Shown here piece by piece: positions 26,812 to 35,600 of a stretch of DNA of 64,000 nucleotides (within the stretch, counting starts at the first letter, position 1; every line of letters starts with the position of its first letter). Made by a program: the position numbers and the translations under genes. Source of the DNA: Vicinamibacterales bacterium (GTDB lineage: Bacteria; Acidobacteriota; Vicinamibacteria; Vicinamibacterales; UBA2999). The stretch spans positions 146,502 through 210,501 of the forward strand of contig JBFWXO010000005.1 in assembly GCA_050187355.1 (NCBI GenBank). Reading direction: 5' to 3'. Under the pieces are notes generated by a model, which had not been told where the DNA came from, did not search any database, and was given only the letters and a program-made list of their open reading frames with translations.

Positions 26812-28967
26812 CACCGGCCCGGGCCGTCCACGAGCTCGACCTTCGTCATGACGTCGCCCTCGAGGACGCGGTCGGCCACGTCCATGCCGCGCTCGACGAC
26901 GGCGAACACGGTGTAGGCGTGATCGAGCCGGGGCGAGTCCACGAGGTTCACGAAGATCTGGGCGTCGCCGGTATCGCGGCCGCGCGTCGAGATGCCGACC
27001 GTGCCGCGCAGGTGCGCCACGCCGGGTTCGTCGCGCATGTACGGTCCGTCGCCCATGTACTCGTTGGCGCCGGGACTCCCGCCCTGCAGCACGAACGTCG
27101 GCTCCACGCGGTGGAACGTCAGGCCGTCGTAGTAGCCCTTGGACGCCAGCGCGGCCACGCGCGCCACCGTCGCCGGCGCCTCGTCGGCCAGCAGACGCAA
27201 CTCCATCACGCCGCCGCCCGCCATGGTGATGCGCAGGCGCTGGCCCGACGCCCGCTGCAGCATCTCCAGGTCGGGCCCGACCAGGCGGCGCGCGCGAGGG
27301 GTGGCCTGCCGCGGCTCCCCCGTCCACCGCTCGAGGGCCTTGGCGGCCTGGTCGGCCACGCGCGGTTCCGGATCGGTGAGGAAGCCCGAGATGGCCTCGA
27401 CGTCGGACCGGCTGCCCACGTCGGCGAGCGCGGTCAGGATCGCCACGCGGGGATCGCGCGAGGTGTCGCGCCCCTGGAGCGAGAGCCGCACCAGCGCGGT
27501 GACGAGCGCCTTGGCGGCCCTGGCCCGCTCGGGCTCCGCCGTGAGCGCCCGGGCGGCCGTCATGATGAGCTGATAGTCGTTGCGATCGAGCGCGGCGTAG
27601 GCCACCGCGAGGGCCTCGGGCCGCTGCAGCCGCGCGAGCTCGTCGAGGGCGGCGTTCCGGACGTTGTCCCGGTCGTCGGCGCCCAGGCGGGTCAGCGTGT
27701 CGATCGACGCCGCCTGACCGGCGGCCCGGGCGGCGTACATCCGGACCTGCCACGTGGGGTGGCCGGCGAAGCGCGGCAGCAGCGGGCGCGCCGCGTCGGG
27801 CGCCACCCTGGCCAGGCTGACGACGGCGTGCGCGGCCCGGTGCCAGGCACCGGCGGCCGGGGGCAGCGCCGACGCCTCCTTGCCGAGTGCGGCGGCCACG
27901 GGCGTGGCCGGGCCGCACCCGCCGCCGAGCAGATCGAGAGCCAGGAGCGCGACGTGCGGGCTGGGATCCTGGAGCGCCGCCAGGACCGGCTGACAGGTGC
28001 GCACCTGCAGGTGGCGCCCCCAGCCGCCGAGCGCCTCGTAGCGCACGCGGGGCTCGGGGTCCTTCAGCGCCGCCGCGAGGATGGCCTCGCGCACGTCGGC
28101 CGGCACGAGCGACGGCGCCTCGGCGGTCACGGCGGCACCGGCGGCACCCACCGCCAGGCGCCGCACCTCGTCGTCTGGGTCCCGGGCGGCGACTCGAAGG
28201 AGATCGCCGTCCACGGCGCGGGCGTTGCGCAGGGCCTGCAGCGCGAGGCGCCGGGCGCGCACGAGCGCCTGCGAGCCTGGCGCGTCGGGAGTCTCCACGA
28301 CCAGGGCCAGGCGCGCGCGTCCGTCGGCGCTCAGGGCGTGCACCTTGCCGCTCACTCTCGTGAGCGCCTCGAGACCGCGGGCCGCGCCCTCGGTCCTCAC
28401 GGCGGCGCCGGCGGCCGCCGCGCCGGCCGCGGGCACGGCGCGCCGGGGCGCGCGGACCACCTGGGGCGACGAGGCCGGCGCGGGCAGGCCCGTCAGGATC
28501 GCCTGCTCCACCTGGTGGAACTGGTCCTCGGTGACCACGGGGATCCGCCCGACCGACGCGGCGAACTCGGCCCAGTCGGCGGCCTCGGCGGCGGGCATCA
28601 CGCGGACGAGCGTCTCGAGGGCCTCCATGCCGAAGACGCGGGCGGAGCTGGCCGCGGCGATGGCCGCCCACCGGCGGACGTTGGCGTCCCGATCGGCCAG
28701 GAGCGGCAGGACGTCGAAGATGAGCGCCGGCGTCTCGAAGCGGCCGGCGGCCCGGACGGCCTGCGCGCGGACCTTCGGGTCGGGGCTCTTCATGCCCTCG
28801 ACGAAGAGTGCCTGCGTCTCGGGCGTGAGCTGCCGGGCATCCTCGGCCTGGAGGAGACGGACCTCGATGGGCTCCTGCGCGCGGCCGGCCGGCGCGGTCG
28901 CGGCCAGCGCGGCGGCGGTCAGCGCCACGTACGTACGAAGGCGGACGATCAGGGAGGCGCCGGACAT
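26811..28967 (-). CDS. Secreted HEAT-repeat protein fused to a C-terminal cyclophilin-type peptidyl-prolyl isomerase
   Basis: Signal peptide. Many HEAT-like repeats (DPKVRAQAVRAAG, DANVRRWAAIAAA, DPEPRVRYEALGG, DNVRNAALDELA...). The C-terminus has YYDGLTFHRVEPTFVLQGGSP...GTVGISTRGRDTGDAQIFVNL, which is a cyclophilin fold signature. Confidence 0.75.
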   Translation of the reverse strand: MSGASLIVRLRTYVALTAAALAATAPAGRAQEPIEVRLLQAEDARQLTPETQALFVEGMKSPDPKVRAQAVRAAGRFETPALIFDVLPLLADRDANVRRWAAIAAASSARVFGMEALETLVRVMPAAEAADWAEFAASVGRIPVVTEDQFHQVEQAILTGLPAPASSPQVVRAPRRAVPAAGAAAAGAAVRTEGAARGLEALTRVSGKVHALSADGRARLALVVETPDAPGSQALVRARRLALQALRNARAVDGDLLRVAARDPDDEVRRLAVGAAGAAVTAEAPSLVPADVREAILAAALKDPEPRVRYEALGGWGRHLQVRTCQPVLAALQDPSPHVALLALDLLGGGCGPATPVAAALGKEASALPPAAGAWHRAAHAVVSLARVAPDAARPLLPRFAGHPTWQVRMYAARAAGQAASIDTLTRLGADDRDNVRNAALDELARLQRPEALAVAYAALDRNDYQLIMTAARALTAEPERARAAKALVTALVRLSLQGRDTSRDPRVAILTALADVGSRSDVEAISGFLTDPEPRVADQAAKALERWTGEPRQATPRARRLVGPDLEMLQRASGQRLRITMAGGGVMELRLLADEAPATVARVAALASKGYYDGLTFHRVEPTFVLQGGSPGANEYMGDGPYMRDEPGVAHLRGTVGISTRGRDTGDAQIFVNLVDSPRLDHAYTVFAVVERGMDVADRVLEGDVMTKVELVDGPGR

Positions 28968-29001
28968 ACCTCCTCAGTGTCACCCAAGTGGGCGCTGGTG
29001 C

Positions 29002-29673
29002 CTACGTGGTGGCCGCGGGCGCGGCGGACGGCTCAGGCGGACACGGCGCGTTGCTGTACCCGGACCGGAAGGCCGTCACCGCCCCGGTCGCCGGTTCGAA
29101 CCGGTGGCGCCACACGCACGCGGTGTCGTTGGCCAGGAGGTGAATGGACACCGACGGCCCGTCCGAGACGGTCTTCACGTAGTGGATGTCGTCGCGGGGC
29201 GGCAGCAGGGCGTAGAACTCGCCCGTGTCCATCAGGGCGGTGCGGGACACCTCGAGATCCGCGCGCGAGGCATCGGCCCCGTCGTCGAGCCGGCGATACA
29301 CCGTCTCCTGCTGGCGCCCGCGGTAGACGCCGATGAGCCCCCAGGCCAGGTGGTCGTGGACGGGCGTCTCGGCGCCGGCCGGGATGACCAGCGAGAAGAG
29401 CGTGAGCGACCCGTCCTCCGCGCGATAGAGCGCGTACTGCCCGATCCCGCTGCCCATCCCGCTCGTGAGGTCAGGCGCCCCGTAGGCGTCCGGCAGCCAG
29501 CCGTCCGCGGCCAGCAGGCGCGCGAAGGCGGCCTTCAGCGCCTCCACCCTCGCCGCGACGTCGTCGACACTGGCCGTCAGCCGCCGCGTCTCGTCGATGA
29601 GCCCGCGGATCTCGGGCGTGTCGACGAGGTAACCGAAAGCCTCATGGTCGTGGGCGCGGCCGAAATCACACAT
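29002..29673 (-). CDS. Cysteine-dioxygenase-like cupin protein
   Basis: ETPVHDHLAWGLIGVYRG...SIHLL arrangement, typical of type-I CDO / mercaptopropionate dioxygenase-like cupins. Confidence 0.55.
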   Translation of the reverse strand: MCDFGRAHDHEAFGYLVDTPEIRGLIDETRRLTASVDDVAARVEALKAAFARLLAADGWLPDAYGAPDLTSGMGSGIGQYALYRAEDGSLTLFSLVIPAGAETPVHDHLAWGLIGVYRGRQQETVYRRLDDGADASRADLEVSRTALMDTGEFYALLPPRDDIHYVKTVSDGPSVSIHLLANDTACVWRHRFEPATGAVTAFRSGYSNAPCPPEPSAAPAATT

Positions 29674-29764
29674 GCGCGGACTCTAGCATGGGGCCGCCCC
29701 GGCCCCGATTCAGCCGGCGCGGCCCGGGCGCTGGGGGGATGCACCACTTTCTGCGCCGGACCGA

Positions 29765-30193
29765 TTGACCTCGCTGGAGCGCGGTGCCACGCTGTGGGCC
29801 GTGACGCTCGGGACCGCGCTCGCCGCCGAGTTCGACCGCCGCCGGCGGCACAACCCTCGCTACTCGCTGCGTGCGTTCGCGCGGTCGCTCGGCGCCTCGC
29901 ACTCCGCGGTGAGCCGCCTGCGGCGGCAGGAATGCCGGCCCTCCGATCGCACCCTCGCCGTGCTCGGCGGCCGCCTGGGGTGGAGCGCGCCCGAGGTTGT
30001 CGCCGCGCAGCGCCGCGAGCGCGTCGATCGGCTGCGGGCGCTGGCCGCCGCGCCAGGGTTCGCGGCCGACGCGCGGTGGATCGCCCAGCGGACCGCGATG
30101 TCGCTCGACGAGGTCCAGGTGGCGCTGCAGGAGGCGCTCCGCCTGGGAACGCTGGCGATGCCGGCCGCCGATCGCTGGCGCGTGGAGGAGTGA
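29765..30193 (+). CDS. Hypothetical protein with an HTH-like segment (resembles the TIGR02147/DUF4423 N-terminus)
   Basis: NPRYSLRAFARSLGASHSAVSRLRR. GC3 is high. Only a TTG start is available at 29765, so the start is uncertain. Confidence 0.45.
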   Translation: MTSLERGATLWAVTLGTALAAEFDRRRRHNPRYSLRAFARSLGASHSAVSRLRRQECRPSDRTLAVLGGRLGWSAPEVVAAQRRERVDRLRALAAAPGFAADARWIAQRTAMSLDEVQVALQEALRLGTLAMPAADRWRVEE

Positions 30194-30564
30194 TGGGAGC
30201 CCCGGTCGTCCGCTGGCAGATCGTCTCGCCCCGCCCGGACGAGGTGGTCCGGTTCTACGGGGCGGTGTTCGGATGGGTGGAACGCCGCGACAACGCCCTG
30301 GGCTATCGGGCGCTTCAGACGGGCGGCGGCATCCAGGGCGGCGTCTGGCCGGCCCCCGCCGATGCCGCCACGTTCGTCCAGCTCTTCGTCGAGGTGGACG
30401 ATGTGGACGCCGCGATCGAGGCCGCGCTCGCCCACGGAGGCGCCGTGGTGGTGCCGCGGTCGGTCCTGCCGGACGGCGACGTGATGGCCATCCTGCGCGA
30501 CCCGCTGGGCACGAGCGTCGGCCTGGTCACTCCCGCTTCCCGGACCGCCGCGCCCAATAGCTGA
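30193..30564 (+). CDS. VOC (glyoxalase/bleomycin-resistance) family protein
   Basis: 123 aa. RWQIVSPRPDEVVRFYGAVFGW......VDDVDAAIEAALAHGGAVVVP.....GDVMAILRDPLG. The ATG at 30193 overlaps the previous stop. Confidence 0.7.
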   Translation: MGAPVVRWQIVSPRPDEVVRFYGAVFGWVERRDNALGYRALQTGGGIQGGVWPAPADAATFVQLFVEVDDVDAAIEAALAHGGAVVVPRSVLPDGDVMAILRDPLGTSVGLVTPASRTAAPNS

Positions 30565-30793
30565 ACTCGGGCTGGTAGCAGACCCCCTCCAGGTCGGTGA
30601 CGCGGTCCTGGAAGTAGCGCTGAGCATCGCCGATGGCGCGGTTGTAGACCACGGCCCCCACCTCGGCCAGGCAGAACTCCAGGAAGAGCGCCGCCTTGAG
30701 GTCGCCGATCTCCTCGTCGAGGTGCTCGGCGCAGAACTTCTTGATGGACGTGTGCAGCTGTCTGGTGACCTCGGGCGGGAGCGTGACGGGCAT
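30527..30793 (-). CDS. DUF2164-family small protein
   Basis: 88 aa. IKKFCAEHLDEEIGDLKAALFLEFCLAEVGAVVYNRAIGDAQRYFQDRVTDLEG is typical of DUF2164. Confidence 0.6.
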   Translation of the reverse strand: MPVTLPPEVTRQLHTSIKKFCAEHLDEEIGDLKAALFLEFCLAEVGAVVYNRAIGDAQRYFQDRVTDLEGVCYQPEFSYWARRSGKRE

Positions 30794-30853
30794 CCGTCAA
30801 TTGTGGCGCGGACGCGGGCCCGGACCGGACCCGGGGCCGCGGCCCGGCGGTCC

Positions 30854-31486
30854 ATGGCACACTGGCGGGCCGTGGCGCCCGTTATCCCGAACCCGGCCGC
30901 GATCCGCGCCTTCACGACCGGGCGCGCGTTCGAGGCGTGGCTCCGCGCGAACCACGCGCGGGCCGACGAGATCTGGCTCCGCCTCTACAAGAAGCACTCG
31001 GGCACGAAGAGCATCACGGCGGCCCAGGCGCTCGACGCGGCCCTGTGCTGGGGATGGATCGACGGTCTTCGCAAGGCGTGGGACGACACGTCGTTCCTGC
31101 AGCGCTACACGCCCCGGCGGCCGCGCAGCGTGTGGAGCCAGGTGAACCGTGACCACGTGGCGCGGCTGACGAAGGCCGGCCGCATGCAGCCGGCGGGCCT
31201 CCGGCAGGTGGACGCCGCCAAGGCCGATGGCCGCTGGGACGCGGCATACGCGCCCATCCGATCCGCCTCGCGGGAGGCGCTCCCCGAGGACCTGCGGGCG
31301 GCCATCGACGCCAACCCCCGCGCCCGGACGACGTTCGCGACCCTGAACCGCATGAACCTCTTCGCGCTCGCCTTCCGGACGGCGGCGATGCGGACGCCGG
31401 CCGGCCGCGCGCGCAAGATCGCGGCGCTCGTCGCGATGCTGGCGCGCGGGGAGACGATCGTCCCGGCGCGCTCGAAGACGCCGTAG
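30854..31486 (+). CDS. YdeI/OmpD-associated family protein
   Basis: FEAWLRANHARADEIWLRLYKK.SG..SIT..QALDAALCWGWIDG. The start was moved to the ATG at 30854. Confidence 0.65.
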   Translation: MAHWRAVAPVIPNPAAIRAFTTGRAFEAWLRANHARADEIWLRLYKKHSGTKSITAAQALDAALCWGWIDGLRKAWDDTSFLQRYTPRRPRSVWSQVNRDHVARLTKAGRMQPAGLRQVDAAKADGRWDAAYAPIRSASREALPEDLRAAIDANPRARTTFATLNRMNLFALAFRTAAMRTPAGRARKIAALVAMLARGETIVPARSKTP

Positions 31487-31497
31487 CGGCGCCGCCG

Positions 31498-32625
31498 ATG
31501 CCGCGAACGGCCAGGAACCCGCCGCCGATGACCACCGCCCGGACGACGTTCGTGCTCGTGATGGGGACGGGCTTCGCCAACGCGGCCAAGCGCCGCGCGG
31601 CCCGCCTGATCGGCGGCATGCTGGCCGACGCCGGCTTCGGCCTCGTCACCGGCAACTCGACCGGCGTGGACTACTGGGTGGCCCGGAGCTTCTGCGATGC
31701 GATCGCCGAACGCGGCGGGTCGCCGGAAGGCGCCGTCTGGCAGGTGTCCCTGGGCGCCAGCCGGATCCTGCGGCGAGGCGGGTGGCCCCTGCCGGGCTTC
31801 GCCGCCCCGCGTGCGTGCCGGGTGGCCGTCACCGATGTCGAGACCTGGAAGCGCGAGGCCGTGTCACGAGCCGACGCGGGCGTGATGGTGGGCGGCGGGC
31901 GCGGCGCGCTCGACATCGCGCGCCGCATGCTGGACCGCGGACGCCCCGTCTTCCCGCTGCCCTTCATGGGCGGGCTGACCGGCAACTCCGACGAGGTGTT
32001 CCAGGACATCCTCCGGACGTGGGAGGCGCACCCGGTGCCGGGCGTCAGCCGTTCGCAGTACCTGCGGCTGGCCGAGCCCTGGGTGAGCGGCACCGGCGAG
32101 CTCGCGAACCTGCTCCGGGGCACGCTGGCCGAGCGGCCCGACATCTTCGTGTCCTACCGGCGCAGCGACGCGCCGGCCGCCGCCGGGCGGATCGCGCACG
32201 AACTGGCCGAGCACTTCGGATCGCGGCGGGTGTTCTTCGACGTCAGCGGGATCGCGCCGAGCCACGCGTGGGACGAGACCATCAGGCAGGCGGTCGACGC
32301 GTGCGCCGTCGGCGTGGTCGTGATCGGACGGTCGTGGCTGGCACGGGGACCCGGCGGCGAACCTCCCCGGCTCCACCAGCCGAACGACGTCGTCCGGGGG
32401 GAGATCGAGGCGCTGATCGCCGGCAGGAAGGTGCTCTTCCCGGTCGTGGTGGAAGGCGCGAGGCTCCCCGACGCGGCCGACCTGCCGGAGTCGCTCGCGG
32501 CGCTGCCGCGCTTCCAGGCCGTCACGCCCGCCAACGGCGACTGGGACGTCACGATCGGGCTGCTCGTCCGCGAGATCGAGGCCGTCCTCCACCATCCGGA
32601 CCGGCATCGTCGCCCGCCGCCGTAA
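31498..32625 (+). CDS. Two-domain protein: an N-terminal SLOG-like (LOG/DprA-type Rossmannoid) domain fused to a C-terminal TIR-like domain
   Basis: N-terminal domain: FVLVMGTG..., GLVTGNSTGVD (nt 31639-31671) and VGGGRGALDIARRMLDRGRPVFPLP (nt 31888-). C-terminal domain: DIFVSYRRSD...RVFFD...VVVIGRSWL...NDVVRGEIEALIAGRKVLFPVVV, which follows the TIR pattern with a conserved Glu at nt 32401-32403. Confidence 0.6.
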   Translation: MPRTARNPPPMTTARTTFVLVMGTGFANAAKRRAARLIGGMLADAGFGLVTGNSTGVDYWVARSFCDAIAERGGSPEGAVWQVSLGASRILRRGGWPLPGFAAPRACRVAVTDVETWKREAVSRADAGVMVGGGRGALDIARRMLDRGRPVFPLPFMGGLTGNSDEVFQDILRTWEAHPVPGVSRSQYLRLAEPWVSGTGELANLLRGTLAERPDIFVSYRRSDAPAAAGRIAHELAEHFGSRRVFFDVSGIAPSHAWDETIRQAVDACAVGVVVIGRSWLARGPGGEPPRLHQPNDVVRGEIEALIAGRKVLFPVVVEGARLPDAADLPESLAALPRFQAVTPANGDWDVTIGLLVREIEAVLHHPDRHRRPPP

Positions 32626-32679
32626 TTGCTACGATGGCGCGGGTCGAGCGAGCCCGCCGCCAACCGCCCGGGGCCGCGC

Positions 32680-35600
32680 ATGAGCGCCATCTTCATCAGC
32701 CACAGCTCGAAAGACAGCGCGTTGGCGCGCGCCGTCGAGCAGCGTCTCAGCGGCCAGGACTTCCACTCGGTCTTCCTCGACCTCGATCCCGCGAAGGGCA
32801 TCGTCGGAGGCCAGAGCTGGGAGCGGACCCTTTACCGCAAGCTCCGGGCGTGCCGCGCCGTCATTGCGATCTGCACCGCCGAGTACCTGCGATCGCACTG
32901 GTGCTTCGCCGAAATCGCCCTGGCCAGGATGGAGGGCAAGCCCGTGATCGGCCTGCTGGCCGGTCCGCTGCCCGCCGACGCCGCGCTGCCGGCCATCCTG
33001 ACCGAGCGGCAGCTGATCGATCTGGGTCGCGGCGAGGACGACGCCTACGGGCGGCTCTGGCGCGCGCTCGAGGCGCTGGACCTCACCGGCGTCGCCACGA
33101 ACTGGAATCCGAAGGAGCCGCCGTATCTCGGGCTGAGCGCGTACCAGGAAGATCACGCGCCCGTGTTCTTCGGGCGTGAGGACGAAGCGCTCGCGGCCCT
33201 CGAACTGCTCGATCGGGGCGCCCCGCCGGTCGTGCTGGTGCTGGGGGCCTCGGGCAGCGGCAAGTCGTCCCTCGTCCGCGCCGGGGTGCTCCCGCGCCTG
33301 CGGGCCCGCGAGGACTGGCTGATCGTGGACCCGTTCCGGCCCGGCCGCGATCCCTGGGCGGAGCTGACCGAGTCGTTCGGCCGCGCCTTCGACCGCTACG
33401 CGCCCGATCACCTCGACGAGGCGGGTCGGCGACGCCAGTTGCGCGAGCGGCTGAGTGCCGCATGGACGCCTCCTGCCGCCGCCGAACCCGAGCCGGCACC
33501 GGACCCCGCCGGCGAGCGGGCCCCCGATGAGCGCCTGCGCCGCCTGATCGAGGTGCTGGAACGCGTGCGCCAGGACCCGCCGCCACTCACGCCGCGTGTA
33601 CGCAACTATCTCGAGTGGAGCCTCGACGACCTCCGCCGCCTGTCGGCTGGGCCGGCGCCGCCGGGCGAGACGATCGCCGCGCCCGGAACGACACCCCTCG
33701 TCGAGGCCGCGCTCGACCTGCGCCGCCTCTCGCGGCACCGCGACGCGCGAGTCCTCGTGGTCATCGACCAGTTCGAGGAGCTGCTCGGACGGGACGAGCC
33801 GGCCGTGCACGACTTCCTCGCGATGCTCCACGCATCGGTGGAGGCCGCACACAGTCCCGTGACGATCGTCGGCACGCTGCGGTCCGACTTCCTCGGGCTG
33901 TTCCAGCACCACCCCGCCCTCCACGGCGTGGACTTCGAGAGCCTGTCCCTGGGACCCATGCGGGCGGACGGCATGCGGCGCGTCGTCACGATGCCGGCGC
34001 GGCTCGCGGCCATCGAGATCGAGGACGGCCTCGTCGATCGTCTGCTGGCCGACACCGGCACGCCGGACGCGCTGCCGATGCTGTCTTTTACGTTGTCGGT
34101 GATGTGGCGGGATCGGCGCGGGGACGAGCCGCTCACGCTCGCCGCCTATGAGCGGCTCGGCGGCCTGCAGGGCACGATCGCGCGCGAGGCCGAGGCCGTG
34201 CTCGCCACGGCCGTCCGGGAACGGAAGGAGGACGCCCTCCGGCGGGCCCTGCTGCAGATGGCGCGGCTCGGTGACGACGGCACGTACGCGCGCCGGCCCG
34301 TGGACTGGGACCACGCCGACATCCAGCGCGTTCACGACCTGCTGACCACGTTGGTGGACCGCCGGGTGCTCGTCACGCGCTTGGACGGCGATCGCCGGAT
34401 CGTGGAGGTGGCGCACGAGGCGCTGTTCCGCGCCTGGACGCCGCTGCAGGCGTGGCTCACCAATGCGCGGTCCGAGCTGCTCCTGGCGCAGCAGATCGAG
34501 CGCGACGCCGCCGCCTGGCACGACGCCGGCCGGCCCGGCGATGTGTTGTGGCGGGGCGGCCGCCTGCTCCAGGCCCACGAGCTCCTGCGCGCCGACGACC
34601 GGCGCGCGGGTCGCGCGGACGCCCCGACCGCGTTCGTGCGCGCTGGCATGGCGAGACGCCGGTGGCAGCGCGTGCTCGTAACGGGTGCCGCCGTCAGCGT
34701 CCTGGCGGTGCTCGGCGCGTTCCTGGCGTTCGCCGTGATCCAGGCGGCGCGGGCCACGCGCGAACAGGTCCGGGCCCTCGACATCGCACGCGTGGCCGTC
34801 GCGGGCGAATGGCTTCCGCGCGACCCCACCAGCGCCGCCCTCGTGCTCCTGGAACTGCAGAACCCGACGGCCACGCGCTTCGCGCCCCGGCGACTCGGTG
34901 AGGCCCTGCGCCGCCCCCTCGTCCGCACCGAGCTTCGCCACGAGCACGCCGTCCACAGCGTCGCGCTCGACACGAACGGCACGCGCGTCGTCACGACGTC
35001 CGGGTCGTCGGCGACGGTGTGGGACGCCGTGACGGGGCGCGCGATCCGCGTCCTGGGCCACGACGAGGCCGTCGTGGCCGCGACGATCGACCCGACGGGC
35101 CGTCTGGTGGCGGTGCGGACGGGCACCGTGGGTGAGGAGTACTATCGCGACGCCGCGGGAACGGCGGTGCACGTCTGGGACCTGGACGCGGGCACCCGGC
35201 GGTTCAGCGTGACCCACGCCGACGCCGTCAACGGCGCAGCCTTCGCGCCAGACGGGCGCCTGGTGCTGACGTGGGGGAAGGACGGCACGGTGCAGCTGTG
35301 GGACGCGGAGGGCGGCGTGCGGCGTCGCACCTGGACGCAGGGGAACGACGTCAGGGACGCCACCTTCAATCCGGCGGGCACCCTCGTCGTGGCCGTGACC
35401 GCGGATGGCGCCCGGGTGTGGTCGGTGGACGCGGATCTCCCGATCGCCACGCTGCCAACCGACCGCCCGATCCAGACCGCGGCCTTCAACCCGGACGGCA
35501 CGCTCCTGGTGACGGCCGGCGACGGAGGCCTCGTAACGTGGGCCGTCGATGGCTGGACGCGGCAGCACCAGTTGGAAGCGCCCTTCACCAGACGCGTCGC

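Noticed and set aside
25627-28983. An ORF-track 1118-aa protein that appears to fuse a long N-terminal region to the aminotransferase.
   Set aside because: Only the last 394 aa (from the ATG at 26811) look like an aminotransferase. The upstream part is low-complexity and is out of frame (same strand) with the HEAT-cyclophilin gene, whose stop overlaps that ATG (ATGA).
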